A DNA stretch of 64,000 bases from a virus (IMGVR_UViG_3300005711_000021:53990-117989); one strand, 5' to 3'; shown: positions 30,591-40,580, counted from the first letter of the stretch. A program made the numbers and translations. The notes: generated from the sequence alone by a model not told the origin.

Positions 30591-31085
30591 ATGTCAAAAA
30601 CAAATGTTAATATTGATTTTAAAGAAGAAAATATTAAAGATATAGAAGGATTACAAACAAAAAAAGAAATTGTAAAACTTAATACTGCTAAAAGACATGC
30701 TATTAAAATTAATGATATACAACTTGAAAAGAATATTTATAATGCTGAAAGTATTATTAAAACAAATAACTTAATTTCTAATCCAGCAAGAAGTATTGCT
30801 ATATTCTGCAATGAATATGTTCCTGAACACTTTTCAGCAGGGAAATGGATAAGATATTATTTAACTGTTAATGGGCAAGATTTTGAAGTTGTGCCGATTA
30901 ATTCTAATAATAATGGTGTAAAAATTATTAAAACAAGTGACCTTGATTTAAGTTCTGATTATGTTCAATACATTAATCAAAAAATCAAAACAGCTTATTT
31001 AACTATTAGAATTTCTACACCAAATAAATATGAAACACCTTTTATTTCAAATCTTAAAATATTAGTAGGTGATAAAAATGTATAG
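30591..31085 (+). CDS. Structural protein (C-terminal-type beta domain)
   Basis: KRHAIKINDI...IAIFCNEYVP...YYLTVNG...VVPIN...TPFISNLKI. Confidence 0.5.
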   Translation: MSKTNVNIDFKEENIKDIEGLQTKKEIVKLNTAKRHAIKINDIQLEKNIYNAESIIKTNNLISNPARSIAIFCNEYVPEHFSAGKWIRYYLTVNGQDFEVVPINSNNNGVKIIKTSDLDLSSDYVQYINQKIKTAYLTIRISTPNKYETPFISNLKILVGDKNV

Positions 31086-32292
31086 AGATATGGCTATTAA
31101 AATGAAATACCATAAAGAAAAGATTATACAAAGTTTTATTGATTTAGGCGTCTTTCCTACGGATGAGCGTATTCAAGATTTATTAGATAGTATTGATTTA
31201 TCTACTGCTTATCTTAATGTAGAAGAAGCTGTTCCTGGGAAAGACTTTGATACTGAAACTTATAATGCAATGTTCTTATCTATTTATAAAGATTTAGAAT
31301 TACTTTATAACCTTCTATTTGAACTAGCTGTTAAAGAATACACTCTACTTACTTCTTTTGTTGATACACATTTAGATAATCTAGAAACTACAATGAATTT
31401 CTATAAAGAAAAAGCAGAACAAGAAACAAATACAACTTCTTTAGGAAATACGATATTATTTAAGAACCATAGCTTTAATACAAAAGTGCAAAATAATATT
31501 ACTCATATAGATTTAGGTACTGTATCTGTTCATAACAATTCACGTATTGCAAGTATTTTTAATGCTAATGATATAGAAGGCGACAAAGTTATTTTTAGTT
31601 ATACAAAGAAGAATGAAACATTAAGAGCTACACCTTACAACTATAATTACGCAACAATAGTTATACCTGGTGAAACAAATAAAAAAGAATATGCTTTTAA
31701 TCTAAATAAAGATCAAATCATAGATGGCATGATTAAAATGGATATTAATAAAACACCTTCTAAGGATAATGTTTATACTATTCTTGGTGCAAAGGATAAA
31801 GTGCTTGTAAAACAATTTGGAGAAGTTACAAAGTATAACATTAAAAATAGACCAACTAAATTTGATATGTTAAGTTTCTCTGAAAAAAGCTATATTGACT
31901 TTTATACAATAGGAACAACTTCTATTACATTTAGATTTAATAAGAAGCCAGTTAGCACAAACTTTTCATTAGATAACTATATTGTAAGTAACTTAAATTA
32001 TGTTCATCATTTCTTTATAGAGTGTGATGCAGGATTTAGTTTTGATTTTGATATAGATGGCGGTCAAATATTTGCATTAAAAGAAACGGGGCTTATTATA
32101 GATAATGAATTATATTTTCCAAAGAATATAGAAGCTAGAGAATTTAAAATTATAGAATATGAACTTGGAAATAAAGAAACTTATAATGTAACTGTAGATA
32201 TTATAAATGATGATGGAGATCAAGTTGATATTAAAAGCATTATGATTAAAGAATTATTAACAATGGAGGATAGTAATAATGATAGTTTATAA
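31078..32292 (+). CDS. Structural protein, paralogous family member
   Basis: FDTETYNAMFLSIYKDLELLY motif. Confidence 0.5.
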   Translation: MYRDMAIKMKYHKEKIIQSFIDLGVFPTDERIQDLLDSIDLSTAYLNVEEAVPGKDFDTETYNAMFLSIYKDLELLYNLLFELAVKEYTLLTSFVDTHLDNLETTMNFYKEKAEQETNTTSLGNTILFKNHSFNTKVQNNITHIDLGTVSVHNNSRIASIFNANDIEGDKVIFSYTKKNETLRATPYNYNYATIVIPGETNKKEYAFNLNKDQIIDGMIKMDINKTPSKDNVYTILGAKDKVLVKQFGEVTKYNIKNRPTKFDMLSFSEKSYIDFYTIGTTSITFRFNKKPVSTNFSLDNYIVSNLNYVHHFFIECDAGFSFDFDIDGGQIFALKETGLIIDNELYFPKNIEAREFKIIEYELGNKETYNVTVDIINDDGDQVDIKSIMIKELLTMEDSNNDSL

Positions 32293-32551
32293 TATGCGTT
32301 ATCGTGGTCCTTTAGAATATGATAAATTTGTTTTAAATACATTTCAATTTCATAATGAAGTAAATGGTGTTCTTATTAAAGAATTTGAGAACTCAAATAA
32401 TAATAAATCCTTTAAAGCAATACAAAGAGATTTAAAAGATTTAACAGCTAATTATGTTGGCAGGGAATTAGATATAGACACAGAGACTTCAGAAAAGATA
32501 GGATACTCAAAAGACTTGTATTTATTTTTAACAGAATATAGGGAGGTTTAA
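32279..32551 (+). CDS. Small structural protein
   Basis: YNMRYRGPLEYDKF N-terminus; GGAGG RBS. Confidence 0.5.
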   Translation: MIVYNMRYRGPLEYDKFVLNTFQFHNEVNGVLIKEFENSNNNKSFKAIQRDLKDLTANYVGRELDIDTETSEKIGYSKDLYLFLTEYREV

Positions 32552-32556
32552 TTAAT

Positions 32557-33642
32557 ATGATACCAAAAATTAGTTCCGAAGAATTAAATAATATTTTAAT
32601 TGATGCAAAAGGTAAATTAGATACATTAGATAAAAAGTTTGAAATAGCAAAAAATGATATGGAAGATAAATTAAAAATCATTAATTATGAATCAGAATAT
32701 GTTCAATCAACCTTATCAAAAATTAAGTCAGGTAACTTTCAAAAGATAGATGGTATGGTTGGTTTTGCTTATTTAAACAAAAGCACTACTGGTAAATACG
32801 ATAGATATGGTAGCACTGTTCATGCCGAACTTATTAAATCTCCTATTAATGTATTTAACCTAGAGGTATCAGCTTTTAATGAGGTTTATTTCAGAGAGGA
32901 TGTTAGTGTTTCTGTTAACGGCATGAAAGATGATAAGTACTTATCTTTATTAAAGCATGATGTAATTCAAAAACCTATTTTCTTTAATACATATAAAGAT
33001 AACTTAGTAACAATCAAAATAGAATTAACAGATTTAGCAACAATACTTGGACCAAGTAAATTTAATGTAATAGAAATCGATCCATTCTTACATGGTTCTT
33101 TTGATATTGAAGAAACACGTATTTATGAATTTACAGAAGAAGGAACAGTTAATACAAATGCAGCACCTCTTACACTTCCTAAAATGCCTAATGTAGGAAT
33201 GGAAAGAATTGTTCTTCCTGAGAAAATTAACTTCTATAAAATTGAAATGGATATTAGAGTAAAATATGAAACTTATAGAAATACATCTATTGTTTATCCT
33301 TTTGGAATCAAACATATCTATTTCTACAATATGGATTTTAAAACAGATTCTTATTTAATAGCAGAAATAACATCCAATAAAAATATCTCTTACATAAAAA
33401 ATGATATTATCATAAAAACACCTTTTGGAGAACAAGCTGCTAAGATTACAACATCTGGCATTCAACTTTACTTAGACCGTGATGGAGAATCTTATGAATT
33501 ATATTCTCCTATAGAGCCTTCTTCCCCTGATGATATTAAAGAAATTGCAAGAAACGTTAAAAAGATTTATGCTCGTATACCAATTAGTCCTAAGGATAAT
33601 TTAATTGGAATAGCTTTTAATATAGTTAATCGCTCAATCTAA
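32557..33642 (+). CDS. Structural protein, paralogous family member (unsplit)
   Basis: ISSEELN...; FNVIEIDPF; YPFGIKHIYFY. Confidence 0.5.
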   Translation: MIPKISSEELNNILIDAKGKLDTLDKKFEIAKNDMEDKLKIINYESEYVQSTLSKIKSGNFQKIDGMVGFAYLNKSTTGKYDRYGSTVHAELIKSPINVFNLEVSAFNEVYFREDVSVSVNGMKDDKYLSLLKHDVIQKPIFFNTYKDNLVTIKIELTDLATILGPSKFNVIEIDPFLHGSFDIEETRIYEFTEEGTVNTNAAPLTLPKMPNVGMERIVLPEKINFYKIEMDIRVKYETYRNTSIVYPFGIKHIYFYNMDFKTDSYLIAEITSNKNISYIKNDIIIKTPFGEQAAKITTSGIQLYLDRDGESYELYSPIEPSSPDDIKEIARNVKKIYARIPISPKDNLIGIAFNIVNRSI

Positions 33643-33665
33643 TTTACTATTTTGTCTAATGTGTG

Positions 33666-33694
33666 TTGACAAAAAACTTCATACGCTGTAAGAT
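33666..33694 (+). promoter_or_regulatory. Sigma70/SigA-type promoter of the replication module
   Basis: TTGACA (33666-33671), 17-bp spacer, TAAGAT (33689-33694). Confidence 0.75.
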
Positions 33695-33708
33695 ATAAAC
33701 ATAAATAC

Positions 33709-33723
33709 ACGTACGATACGTAC
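33709..33723 (+). promoter_or_regulatory. Putative operator ACGTAC-N3-ACGTAC
   Basis: Same motif and spacing as 40566-40580; both lie just downstream of a -10 box. Confidence 0.65.
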
Positions 33724-33745
33724 AAAGAAAAGGAATGATCTAAAA

Positions 33746-34378
33746 ATGGATTATACAGAAATGTATTATGAATTAAATCATGGTATTTATCCTTTTGAAA
33801 CTGAAGAGGCAAAAAATAAAACGCAAAAAGTAATTGATTATCTTATAGATGCAAAGATATCTGAAAAAGATATATTCAGAATAATAGAAGAAGCTCCTAA
33901 AGCTGATTATCTAAAACATGAAGATTTACCAGAATGGCTTTGGGAAAATTCATTACTTAATAAAAACACTTTCTACTATCATAATGTTTTACAAATACGT
34001 TCTAAATCACCAAAAATGAATATGGAATCATTAGAAGTAGAGAGTGTTCCATTTTATCTAGAAATGCAAATTAAGTTTACTACACATGATTTGCTTCTAT
34101 ATTTTTATAAAAAAGCTAATACAGAATATAGCTTTATAGATGAAAAGAAAGATATAGGAGCAATAGCTCATCTTCTTAATCAATATTCAAAGATTGGATT
34201 TATAGATAGCGTTGATTTTATGTTAGCTTTAATCGATTATGCAACAACAGCAGAAGACTGCTCAACAAGCACAATCTTTCAATTAGACTCCAAATATCGT
34301 TCGGAAGTATTTGAGCTATTAAAGAAAAGAACAGCTGAAGCAAATGCTAATCACATTAACAAAGTTGTATATAGATAG
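33746..34378 (+). CDS. Hypothetical protein, first gene of the replication module
   Basis: 210-aa ORF with AAGGA RBS. Confidence 0.6.
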   Translation: MDYTEMYYELNHGIYPFETEEAKNKTQKVIDYLIDAKISEKDIFRIIEEAPKADYLKHEDLPEWLWENSLLNKNTFYYHNVLQIRSKSPKMNMESLEVESVPFYLEMQIKFTTHDLLLYFYKKANTEYSFIDEKKDIGAIAHLLNQYSKIGFIDSVDFMLALIDYATTAEDCSTSTIFQLDSKYRSEVFELLKKRTAEANANHINKVVYR

Positions 34379-34395
34379 TTTTGGAGGGGACATAT

Positions 34396-35424
34396 GTGAA
34401 CACATGGTACAGAGAAGCGGGGGGTATGTATGTAAAAGGTAAAACCAAAGCCTTTACTAGAAACATCTTTATTGAGCCATTTGATTATACAGATATAAGA
34501 AGAAAGTTTAATAATAAAGATGTTTATGTTACACCTTATATATATAATAAAAGACCACAACAAGAAAGCTTATTATATGGAAGCTTTTATATAGATTTAG
34601 ATTTAAAAGTATCTAAGCTAGAAGATTATGAAAAAGTAAAACTAGATACCTTAATGGTTTTATCAATCTTTACAACTGACTTCAAAATACCATTAAAAGA
34701 CATAGAGATTTACTTTAGTGGTAATAAAGGATTTCATATTGTTATTCATCCTATTACTTTAGGTATTGTTCCTAAAAAAGATTTAAATCATGATTTTAAG
34801 CTATTAGCTAAACGTATTAAATCTTTTACTCTTAATAAGACAATTGATACAGTTGTTTATGATAATGTAAGACTAATGAGAGTTAATAATACTATTAATA
34901 GCAAATCAGGACTGTATAAAGTTAGAGTAACAAGAAAGATGATAGAAACGTTTACTTATGCTCAAATGAAATTATATGCTTCTAAGCCTAGATTTGATAT
35001 AAAACGCACAAATGTTAAATGTAATACTGAAGCCCATAAGAAATATAAAGAATATATAGATGAACAAATACAAGAAGATAAACAAGTATTAGAAAGACCT
35101 AAGAAGAAATTAAAAAAGATGGATGAACTTCTTCCATGTCTAGCTTATATGTTAGAGAATCCACCCGAAAAAGGATGCAGAAATAATACAACTGTTATTC
35201 TAGCTTCTGCTTTATTTCAATGTGGTGGAACAATTAATGAAGTAACTGATCTATTATTAGACTGGAATAATAATAATCCAAATAAAATATCTCAACATGA
35301 AATTAGAAATACCGTACATAGTGCGTATAGACAATTTAAAAATGATAGAGGATATGGATGTAAATCTGTTAAACAACTAGGTCAATGTTTAGGACCATTG
35401 TGCAAATTATATAAAGGGGCGTGA
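34396..35424 (+). CDS. AEP-superfamily primase/primase-polymerase with PriCT-like C-terminal domain
   Basis: YIDLD, IYFSGNKGFHI, VYDNVRLMR, RNNTTVILAS..EIRNTVHSA; start codon uncertain (34381, 34396 or 34426). Confidence 0.8.
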   Translation: MNTWYREAGGMYVKGKTKAFTRNIFIEPFDYTDIRRKFNNKDVYVTPYIYNKRPQQESLLYGSFYIDLDLKVSKLEDYEKVKLDTLMVLSIFTTDFKIPLKDIEIYFSGNKGFHIVIHPITLGIVPKKDLNHDFKLLAKRIKSFTLNKTIDTVVYDNVRLMRVNNTINSKSGLYKVRVTRKMIETFTYAQMKLYASKPRFDIKRTNVKCNTEAHKKYKEYIDEQIQEDKQVLERPKKKLKKMDELLPCLAYMLENPPEKGCRNNTTVILASALFQCGGTINEVTDLLLDWNNNNPNKISQHEIRNTVHSAYRQFKNDRGYGCKSVKQLGQCLGPLCKLYKGA

Positions 35425-35429
35425 GATAG

Positions 35430-36515
35430 ATGTCATTAACTGAAATTCTAGAGAAAGCAAAGAAGGATAATAATTATCTTAATAAAGAGCTATTAAAAAT
35501 CAATAAAGAGAATGTTATTATTAAAGATTTTATGGAATCTACATTAGAAGATTTAAAAGCCTTTGAAGAAAATTCTTGGAGTAAAGGTGATGGTTATGCT
35601 TTTAGTAAGTTCCCTTTAATGACTCAACATCTTGAAGGACTTGATGAAGGATTATATCTTGTTGCAGGAGAATCTAATACAGGTAAATCTGCATTGATGA
35701 TGAATATGGTTTATGACTTATGTACGAACCCAAATAATAAATTATTTGGAATTTACTATTCACTAGATGATACTAAGTATGATATAATACCTCGTATAGT
35801 AGCAATGGATCAATCTATTCCTATTGGTGTTGTATCTAAACCACAACGCTATCAAAACTTAATTGATAATGCAGAAGAGAATAGTTCTACTTATATTAAA
35901 TACTTAGAGAAACGTAATGTAGGACTTGAAAAACTAAAAGACCAAAAGAATTGTTTTAAGATAGAAGATGGCTCTAGAATTAAATCAGCTGAAGATATGT
36001 TTCAACATATGAAGCAACTTCAACTATATGTAAAAGCTATTAATCCTGAAATGAATATTGTAGTAGCAATAGATGCTGTTGATGATATTCGTTTTGCTAC
36101 AAAACATTTTGGTTCTACTACTGATAGACATGCAGAAATTGCTCGAACGATAAAAGAGTGGAGTACTGAATTACATATTCCTATTTTCGGGTCAAGACAT
36201 CTTAGTAAGTTAAGACAAAATAGAAGACCTACTTTAGATGATTTAAAAGATAGTAATGAATATGTTTATGAAGCATCAGTTGTTTGGTTAGTACATAATG
36301 ATGTATCTAAAAATAAACAAGCTGCTCAAATTTACTATCAACCTGAAAATGGCACAGAGAAATTACCAGTCTTAGAAATTGACTGGGCAAAGAATAAGAA
36401 ATCTTCTTTTAAAGGAAGAACATATACATATTTTATTCCTAACTTTTCAAAAGCAACGGAATGTAAAGAAAATGAATCTAAAAGATACGATAGTATCGTA
36501 TACTCAAGTTTATAA
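35430..36515 (+). CDS. DnaB-like replicative helicase
   Basis: Walker A AGESNTGKS, VVAID, RPTLDDLKDS, AKNK. Confidence 0.8.
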   Translation: MSLTEILEKAKKDNNYLNKELLKINKENVIIKDFMESTLEDLKAFEENSWSKGDGYAFSKFPLMTQHLEGLDEGLYLVAGESNTGKSALMMNMVYDLCTNPNNKLFGIYYSLDDTKYDIIPRIVAMDQSIPIGVVSKPQRYQNLIDNAEENSSTYIKYLEKRNVGLEKLKDQKNCFKIEDGSRIKSAEDMFQHMKQLQLYVKAINPEMNIVVAIDAVDDIRFATKHFGSTTDRHAEIARTIKEWSTELHIPIFGSRHLSKLRQNRRPTLDDLKDSNEYVYEASVVWLVHNDVSKNKQAAQIYYQPENGTEKLPVLEIDWAKNKKSSFKGRTYTYFIPNFSKATECKENESKRYDSIVYSSL

Positions 36516-36532
36516 AGGAGGGTTATATAAAA

Positions 36533-36772
36533 ATGGCGATGTTAACTAAAAGTTTTGATACCATTCAATTAGGTAACAGAAGTGATGTATGCTTATTATG
36601 TGCTAAAAAAACTGGTAAGCGTTTTGCAGAAGCAAAGAATGATTTAAGAGGACAACTCTTAGGTAAAAAAGTACTTAGAGCTACTAATGATATTTGTTAC
36701 TGTATCGATTGTCTTAAAGAAATTGTTACAGAAGCAGAATCTACTTCTACTAATGACGGAGTAAATATCTAA
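36533..36772 (+). CDS. Small Zn-finger protein
   Basis: CLLC...CYCIDC; AGGAGG RBS. Confidence 0.6.
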   Translation: MAMLTKSFDTIQLGNRSDVCLLCAKKTGKRFAEAKNDLRGQLLGKKVLRATNDICYCIDCLKEIVTEAESTSTNDGVNI

Positions 36773-36832
36773 TGCTAATTGAATATGCTATTAATAGCTT
36801 ATCATTAGACTTAAATCAATATAAGAACATAG

Positions 36833-37057
36833 GTGATGCTAATGAGAGATAAGACAAAGAATGATCCATTAGGAGCACAAATTAATTGTCATAACTTTGA
36901 TCAATGTCCATTCTGTTATGGATGTAGAAACTATAATACAAGAGATACAGAATGTGAAGAATGCTTAAAAAATAAAAAGGTAAATCTATGTAAAGTAGAA
37001 TTACATAAACCAGAACTTATCAGTAAAATGATTACTAGAACACGTATTGAACTTTAG
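36833..37057 (+). CDS. Small Cys-rich protein
   Basis: C...CPFCYGC...CEEC...C. Confidence 0.6.
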   Translation: MMLMRDKTKNDPLGAQINCHNFDQCPFCYGCRNYNTRDTECEECLKNKKVNLCKVELHKPELISKMITRTRIEL

Positions 37058-37070
37058 GGAGGATATTAAA

Positions 37071-37496
37071 ATGGAATATATTAAGAATGAAGGATTATTA
37101 AAATTTGTAGAAGAGCTTACAGCTAAATATGGTTCACCTGAAAAATTAGAAGTTGCAAATAAAGTAGCTTTTAACTTAGAAAAAATCTTAACACGTAAAA
37201 AGCTTTTAGTTGCTGGTGTACAACAAATGTTTATTGAAGTTCTTTTTGCAGCTGCTGCTGTACACAACTTATTTTATACAGAAGATGATTTAACATCTCT
37301 TTTTAAACTTAGACAAGTTGTTTATTCAAGTGATATGGAATATGATCCAGAACTTATTGAAGCTGTTCTACAAACAGTAGAAGCACAATTAGGAGAAGAT
37401 TCTCCAGTTCCAATGTGTAAGCCAAGTGTTAATTCACCAACAGAAACATTTGCCCTTGCTTTATGGATTGCTAAAAACTATAATCCTCTTGCTTAA
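37071..37496 (+). CDS. Hypothetical protein
   Basis: GGAGG RBS before ATG 37071. Confidence 0.6.
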   Translation: MEYIKNEGLLKFVEELTAKYGSPEKLEVANKVAFNLEKILTRKKLLVAGVQQMFIEVLFAAAAVHNLFYTEDDLTSLFKLRQVVYSSDMEYDPELIEAVLQTVEAQLGEDSPVPMCKPSVNSPTETFALALWIAKNYNPLA

Positions 37497-37531
37497 TGCA
37501 AGGGGTTTTATTTTAGGAGGAGATTAACAGT

Positions 37532-37723
37532 ATGAATCTAGTAATTAAACTAACTGAGAAAAAAAGAAAAAACAAAAGTGCAATGCTTATTCTAATCAAG
37601 AATAATAACGATAGTTTTACAAGACGTATTTATACAGAAGATGATTATCTTTTATATAAGATGATGTATGGAGAAGATAATATTGAATTAATAGCTACAG
37701 GAGGGACCAACATATGCAATTGA
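37532..37723 (+). CDS. Small protein with MNLV N-terminus
   Basis: AGGAGG RBS; preceded by a hairpin at about 37482-37508. Confidence 0.6.
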   Translation: MNLVIKLTEKKRKNKSAMLILIKNNNDSFTRRIYTEDDYLLYKMMYGEDNIELIATGGTNICN

Positions 37724-38418
37724 CAGAACAACAATTATTTGAGTATATTCATTGTCCTGCTAAATACCATATTAAACATGTTATGAAAATTAATATTGCA
37801 GAACCTATCTCTATGCAAAAGCTATTAAATACAGTATCACGATATTTTTACTTAAACTTACTTAATGGAAGAGTTCCTACATTCAATGACCTTAGAAAAA
37901 AATGGGACAGTATCTGTGAAACCTATTCAGACTATATGGATAATAAAAAGGTATTAGCAGGATGGGGACAAATTATTAAGTTTGCTCAATGGGCAGAACG
38001 AGATAAAATTATAGTAGGTGATGTTGAAGCTAAATATATGTTTATGGTAGATAATGTTCAATTTACTGGTAATATAGAAACTATATTAATAAAACCTAAT
38101 AAAGATATAGAATTGCTTACTACTAGTTTTTCAGAAAAGAATCTAGATCGTACTGAAATAGATATGAAATTAAAACATACTATGGACTTTGTTGGTTTTA
38201 AAGGATTATATGGTGTAGTACCTACAGGGATAAAAATTCATTCTGTAAAACATGACCAAGATCTATTTACAAATCGAACAGAACCAGATATTATTAGACT
38301 TAGGGATACAATTAAGAATGTATCAAAAAGTATAGAACAAAGAATATTTTACCCAAGGGAAAGTTCATTCTGTAGTTCATGTACTGCAAGACAGTATTGT
38401 AAATACTGGCATCAATAA
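37714..38418 (+). CDS. PD-(D/E)XK / Cas4-AddB-like protein with Fe-S cysteines, catalytic motif degenerate
   Basis: N-terminal YIHCPAKY and C-terminal FYPR...CSSCTARQYC; GNIETI/IELLTTS in place of GxID/IIDYK. Confidence 0.65.
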   Translation: MQLTEQQLFEYIHCPAKYHIKHVMKINIAEPISMQKLLNTVSRYFYLNLLNGRVPTFNDLRKKWDSICETYSDYMDNKKVLAGWGQIIKFAQWAERDKIIVGDVEAKYMFMVDNVQFTGNIETILIKPNKDIELLTTSFSEKNLDRTEIDMKLKHTMDFVGFKGLYGVVPTGIKIHSVKHDQDLFTNRTEPDIIRLRDTIKNVSKSIEQRIFYPRESSFCSSCTARQYCKYWHQ

Positions 38419-38436
38419 TAAAGGAGGTAATTACTA

Positions 38437-38559
38437 ATGGCTATTGAAATTAAAGAATATGTTGGACATGAGCCAAAACATGTTAAAGAAACAAAAACAA
38501 CTACTAAAGAGCCTGTTAAAAAAGGTAATGTAACTAAAAAAGATACAAAGAAAAAGTAG
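38437..38559 (+). CDS. 40-aa Lys/Thr-rich basic peptide (not in ORF track)
   Basis: AAGGAGGT RBS; MAIEIKEYVGHEPKHVKETKTTTKEPVKKGNVTKKDTKKK*; fills the gap between flanking genes. Confidence 0.7.
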   Translation: MAIEIKEYVGHEPKHVKETKTTTKEPVKKGNVTKKDTKKK

Positions 38560-38568
38560 GGGAGAAAT

Positions 38569-39078
38569 ATGGCTAGCAAACTAATAACAAAAAAGACAAC
38601 ACGTACAAAAACAAAAAAAGAGACAACGACAACAAAAAAGACTGGTCGCATCAAAGCAGTTAAAAAAACTGTAGATGACATCACTTTTGATTCAACAATG
38701 GAAGCTAATTATTACGAATATTTAAAAGCAGAAAAAGCCGCAGGCAGAGTCTTATATTTTGAACTGCAACCTGAATATCAATTACTTGATAGCTATGTAA
38801 AATATGGTAGAAAAATTAGAGGGATCAAATATATCGCAGACTTCCTAGTTGTGTATGCAGATGAAACAGAAATTGTTATTGATGTTAAAGGTCGTGAAAC
38901 AGATGACTTTAAACTCAAACGAAAAATGTTTGATGCTAAATATCCAGACTTAACTTTGAAGCTAATTACATATAATAAAACTACCGAAACATGGGTTGAT
39001 TATGATGAGCTCAAAAAAACAAGAGCAAAAATCAAACGTGAAAAGAATAAGGCAGCCAAGGCTAAACTAGAAAGTTAA
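38569..39078 (+). CDS. DUF1064 family putative endonuclease
   Basis: FDSTMEANYY, LQPEYQL, YIADF, DVKGRETDDFKLKRKMF. Confidence 0.85.
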   Translation: MASKLITKKTTRTKTKKETTTTKKTGRIKAVKKTVDDITFDSTMEANYYEYLKAEKAAGRVLYFELQPEYQLLDSYVKYGRKIRGIKYIADFLVVYADETEIVIDVKGRETDDFKLKRKMFDAKYPDLTLKLITYNKTTETWVDYDELKKTRAKIKREKNKAAKAKLES

Positions 39079-39099
39079 AAGACCAAGGGGGCCTATGTA

Positions 39100-39987
39100 T
39101 TGAATAGCGACAATCATGATTTTATACAAACTCAAAGAGAAAAAGAATGGGGAGAAGTAGAAGATTTAGTTATGCTTTATCAAAAACAATTTGAAAAAGA
39201 TGCAGACTATAAAACAATCGCTGCTGCAAAAGATGCAGCTGAAGAGCTATTAAAACGTTTCTCTCCATTATTTAAGAAATACTTGGTATTGCTACAAACA
39301 GGACAAATTGACTACAATGACATTGAAACTAAATTATTTGTTTCTTCTTTTATAGAAGATGTTCGTTTACAAAAAGCTCTTAAACGTACAAAGCAAAAAT
39401 ATGAATTTAAATCAGATATTTCTAAACGCTTTAAGTTTGTTATAGAAACTTATGGTGCCGCTTCTGAAGATGAAATCCTAATGGATCTCAAAATGATTTT
39501 CCTAGTTATTGCTAAACGTTATAAACAAATGGGTAGAACATTTTGCGGTTATCTCTATAATGCCTATCGTCATGAAGTATCAAGACATATAAAAAAATAC
39601 ATAAAGAATCCTATTAACATTCCTTATAAAATATTAGAATTTGAAGAATGTGTTAATGGAGATATAGATAAATCTATAGAAATAAGTTATGAAGATAAAT
39701 ATTATGAAAATAGTACAGGTATTCCTGATTTAAATTGGATGTTAGGAAAAGATTGTTCTGAACTATTTGAAGAACTTAATCCTATAGATAGAAAAATACT
39801 TATTAAATATTATTTAGAAGAATGGAACGACAGACAAATATCTGAAGCGTTCGGTATACATATAAATACAGTTAATCAAAAAAGAAGATTAGCAATACAA
39901 AAAATCGCAAAGAAATTAAGTATACAGAATAAAGACATAAAACGTAATAGACGTAGCGGTAAAAAAGCTATTTTACCAATTGTTTAG
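39100..39987 (+). CDS. Phage-encoded sigma70-family factor
   Basis: ELLKRFSPL (region 2-like), FCGYL, and C-terminal L..IDRKIL..YY.EEWNDRQISEAFGIHINTVNQKRRLA (region 4 HTH). Confidence 0.7.
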   Translation: MNSDNHDFIQTQREKEWGEVEDLVMLYQKQFEKDADYKTIAAAKDAAEELLKRFSPLFKKYLVLLQTGQIDYNDIETKLFVSSFIEDVRLQKALKRTKQKYEFKSDISKRFKFVIETYGAASEDEILMDLKMIFLVIAKRYKQMGRTFCGYLYNAYRHEVSRHIKKYIKNPINIPYKILEFEECVNGDIDKSIEISYEDKYYENSTGIPDLNWMLGKDCSELFEELNPIDRKILIKYYLEEWNDRQISEAFGIHINTVNQKRRLAIQKIAKKLSIQNKDIKRNRRSGKKAILPIV

Positions 39988-40001
39988 AAAGGGATGATAC
40001 T

Positions 40002-40499
40002 TTGTACTTTAAATATCTCAAATACGTTATTATACATAAATATTATGTTATGATAGAATGTTTTAAATTAGGTGTTCCTATAAGAGGAATATTACATGAT
40101 TGGCACAAACTGTTACCTTCTGAATTTATTCCTTATGCTAGATACTTTTACGGAAGTTGGTATGAATGGAATAAGTTATCTGGTGAAATTAAAAATCATA
40201 TCTCAACAAAAGATACTCAAGAATATGTTAATCAACAATTTGATATTGCTTGGTTAAAACATCAACATAGAGGAAAACATCATTGGCAGTATTGGGTATT
40301 AAAAGAAGATAGTGGTAAATTAATAGCTTTACCAATGCCTGAGAAATATCGTAAAGAAATGTTAGCAGATTGGATTGGTGCAGGAAAAGCTATTAATGGT
40401 AAAAATGATGTAAAAGAATGGTACTACAATAATAGACAAAATATGATATTACATCCTTATACAAAGTTTTGGATTGAAAAAGAATTAAAGTCTCTCTGA
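40002..40499 (+). CDS. DUF5662 family (HD-like) protein
   Basis: HKYYV, GILHDWHK, AWLKHQHRGKHHWQYW, EMLADWIGAG. Confidence 0.75.
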   Translation: MYFKYLKYVIIHKYYVMIECFKLGVPIRGILHDWHKLLPSEFIPYARYFYGSWYEWNKLSGEIKNHISTKDTQEYVNQQFDIAWLKHQHRGKHHWQYWVLKEDSGKLIALPMPEKYRKEMLADWIGAGKAINGKNDVKEWYYNNRQNMILHPYTKFWIEKELKSL

Positions 40500-40518
40500 T
40501 AAAGAGAGATTTTTTTTT
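40488..40518 (+). terminator. Rho-independent terminator
   Basis: TCTCTCT-gataa-AGAGAGA followed by a long T-tract. Confidence 0.75.
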
Positions 40519-40534
40519 ATTACTTTTTTTTCTA

Positions 40535-40563
40535 TTGCTTTTTATTTTATTAAGATGTATACT
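40535..40563 (+). promoter_or_regulatory. Sigma70/SigA-type promoter of RHH-recJ-dnaE
   Basis: TTGCTT, 17-bp spacer, TATACT. Confidence 0.65.
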
Positions 40564-40565
40564 AT

Positions 40566-40580
40566 ACGTACAACACGTAC
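40566..40580 (+). promoter_or_regulatory. Putative operator ACGTAC-N3-ACGTAC
   Basis: Second copy; lies between the -10 box and the RBS of the RHH gene. Confidence 0.65.
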
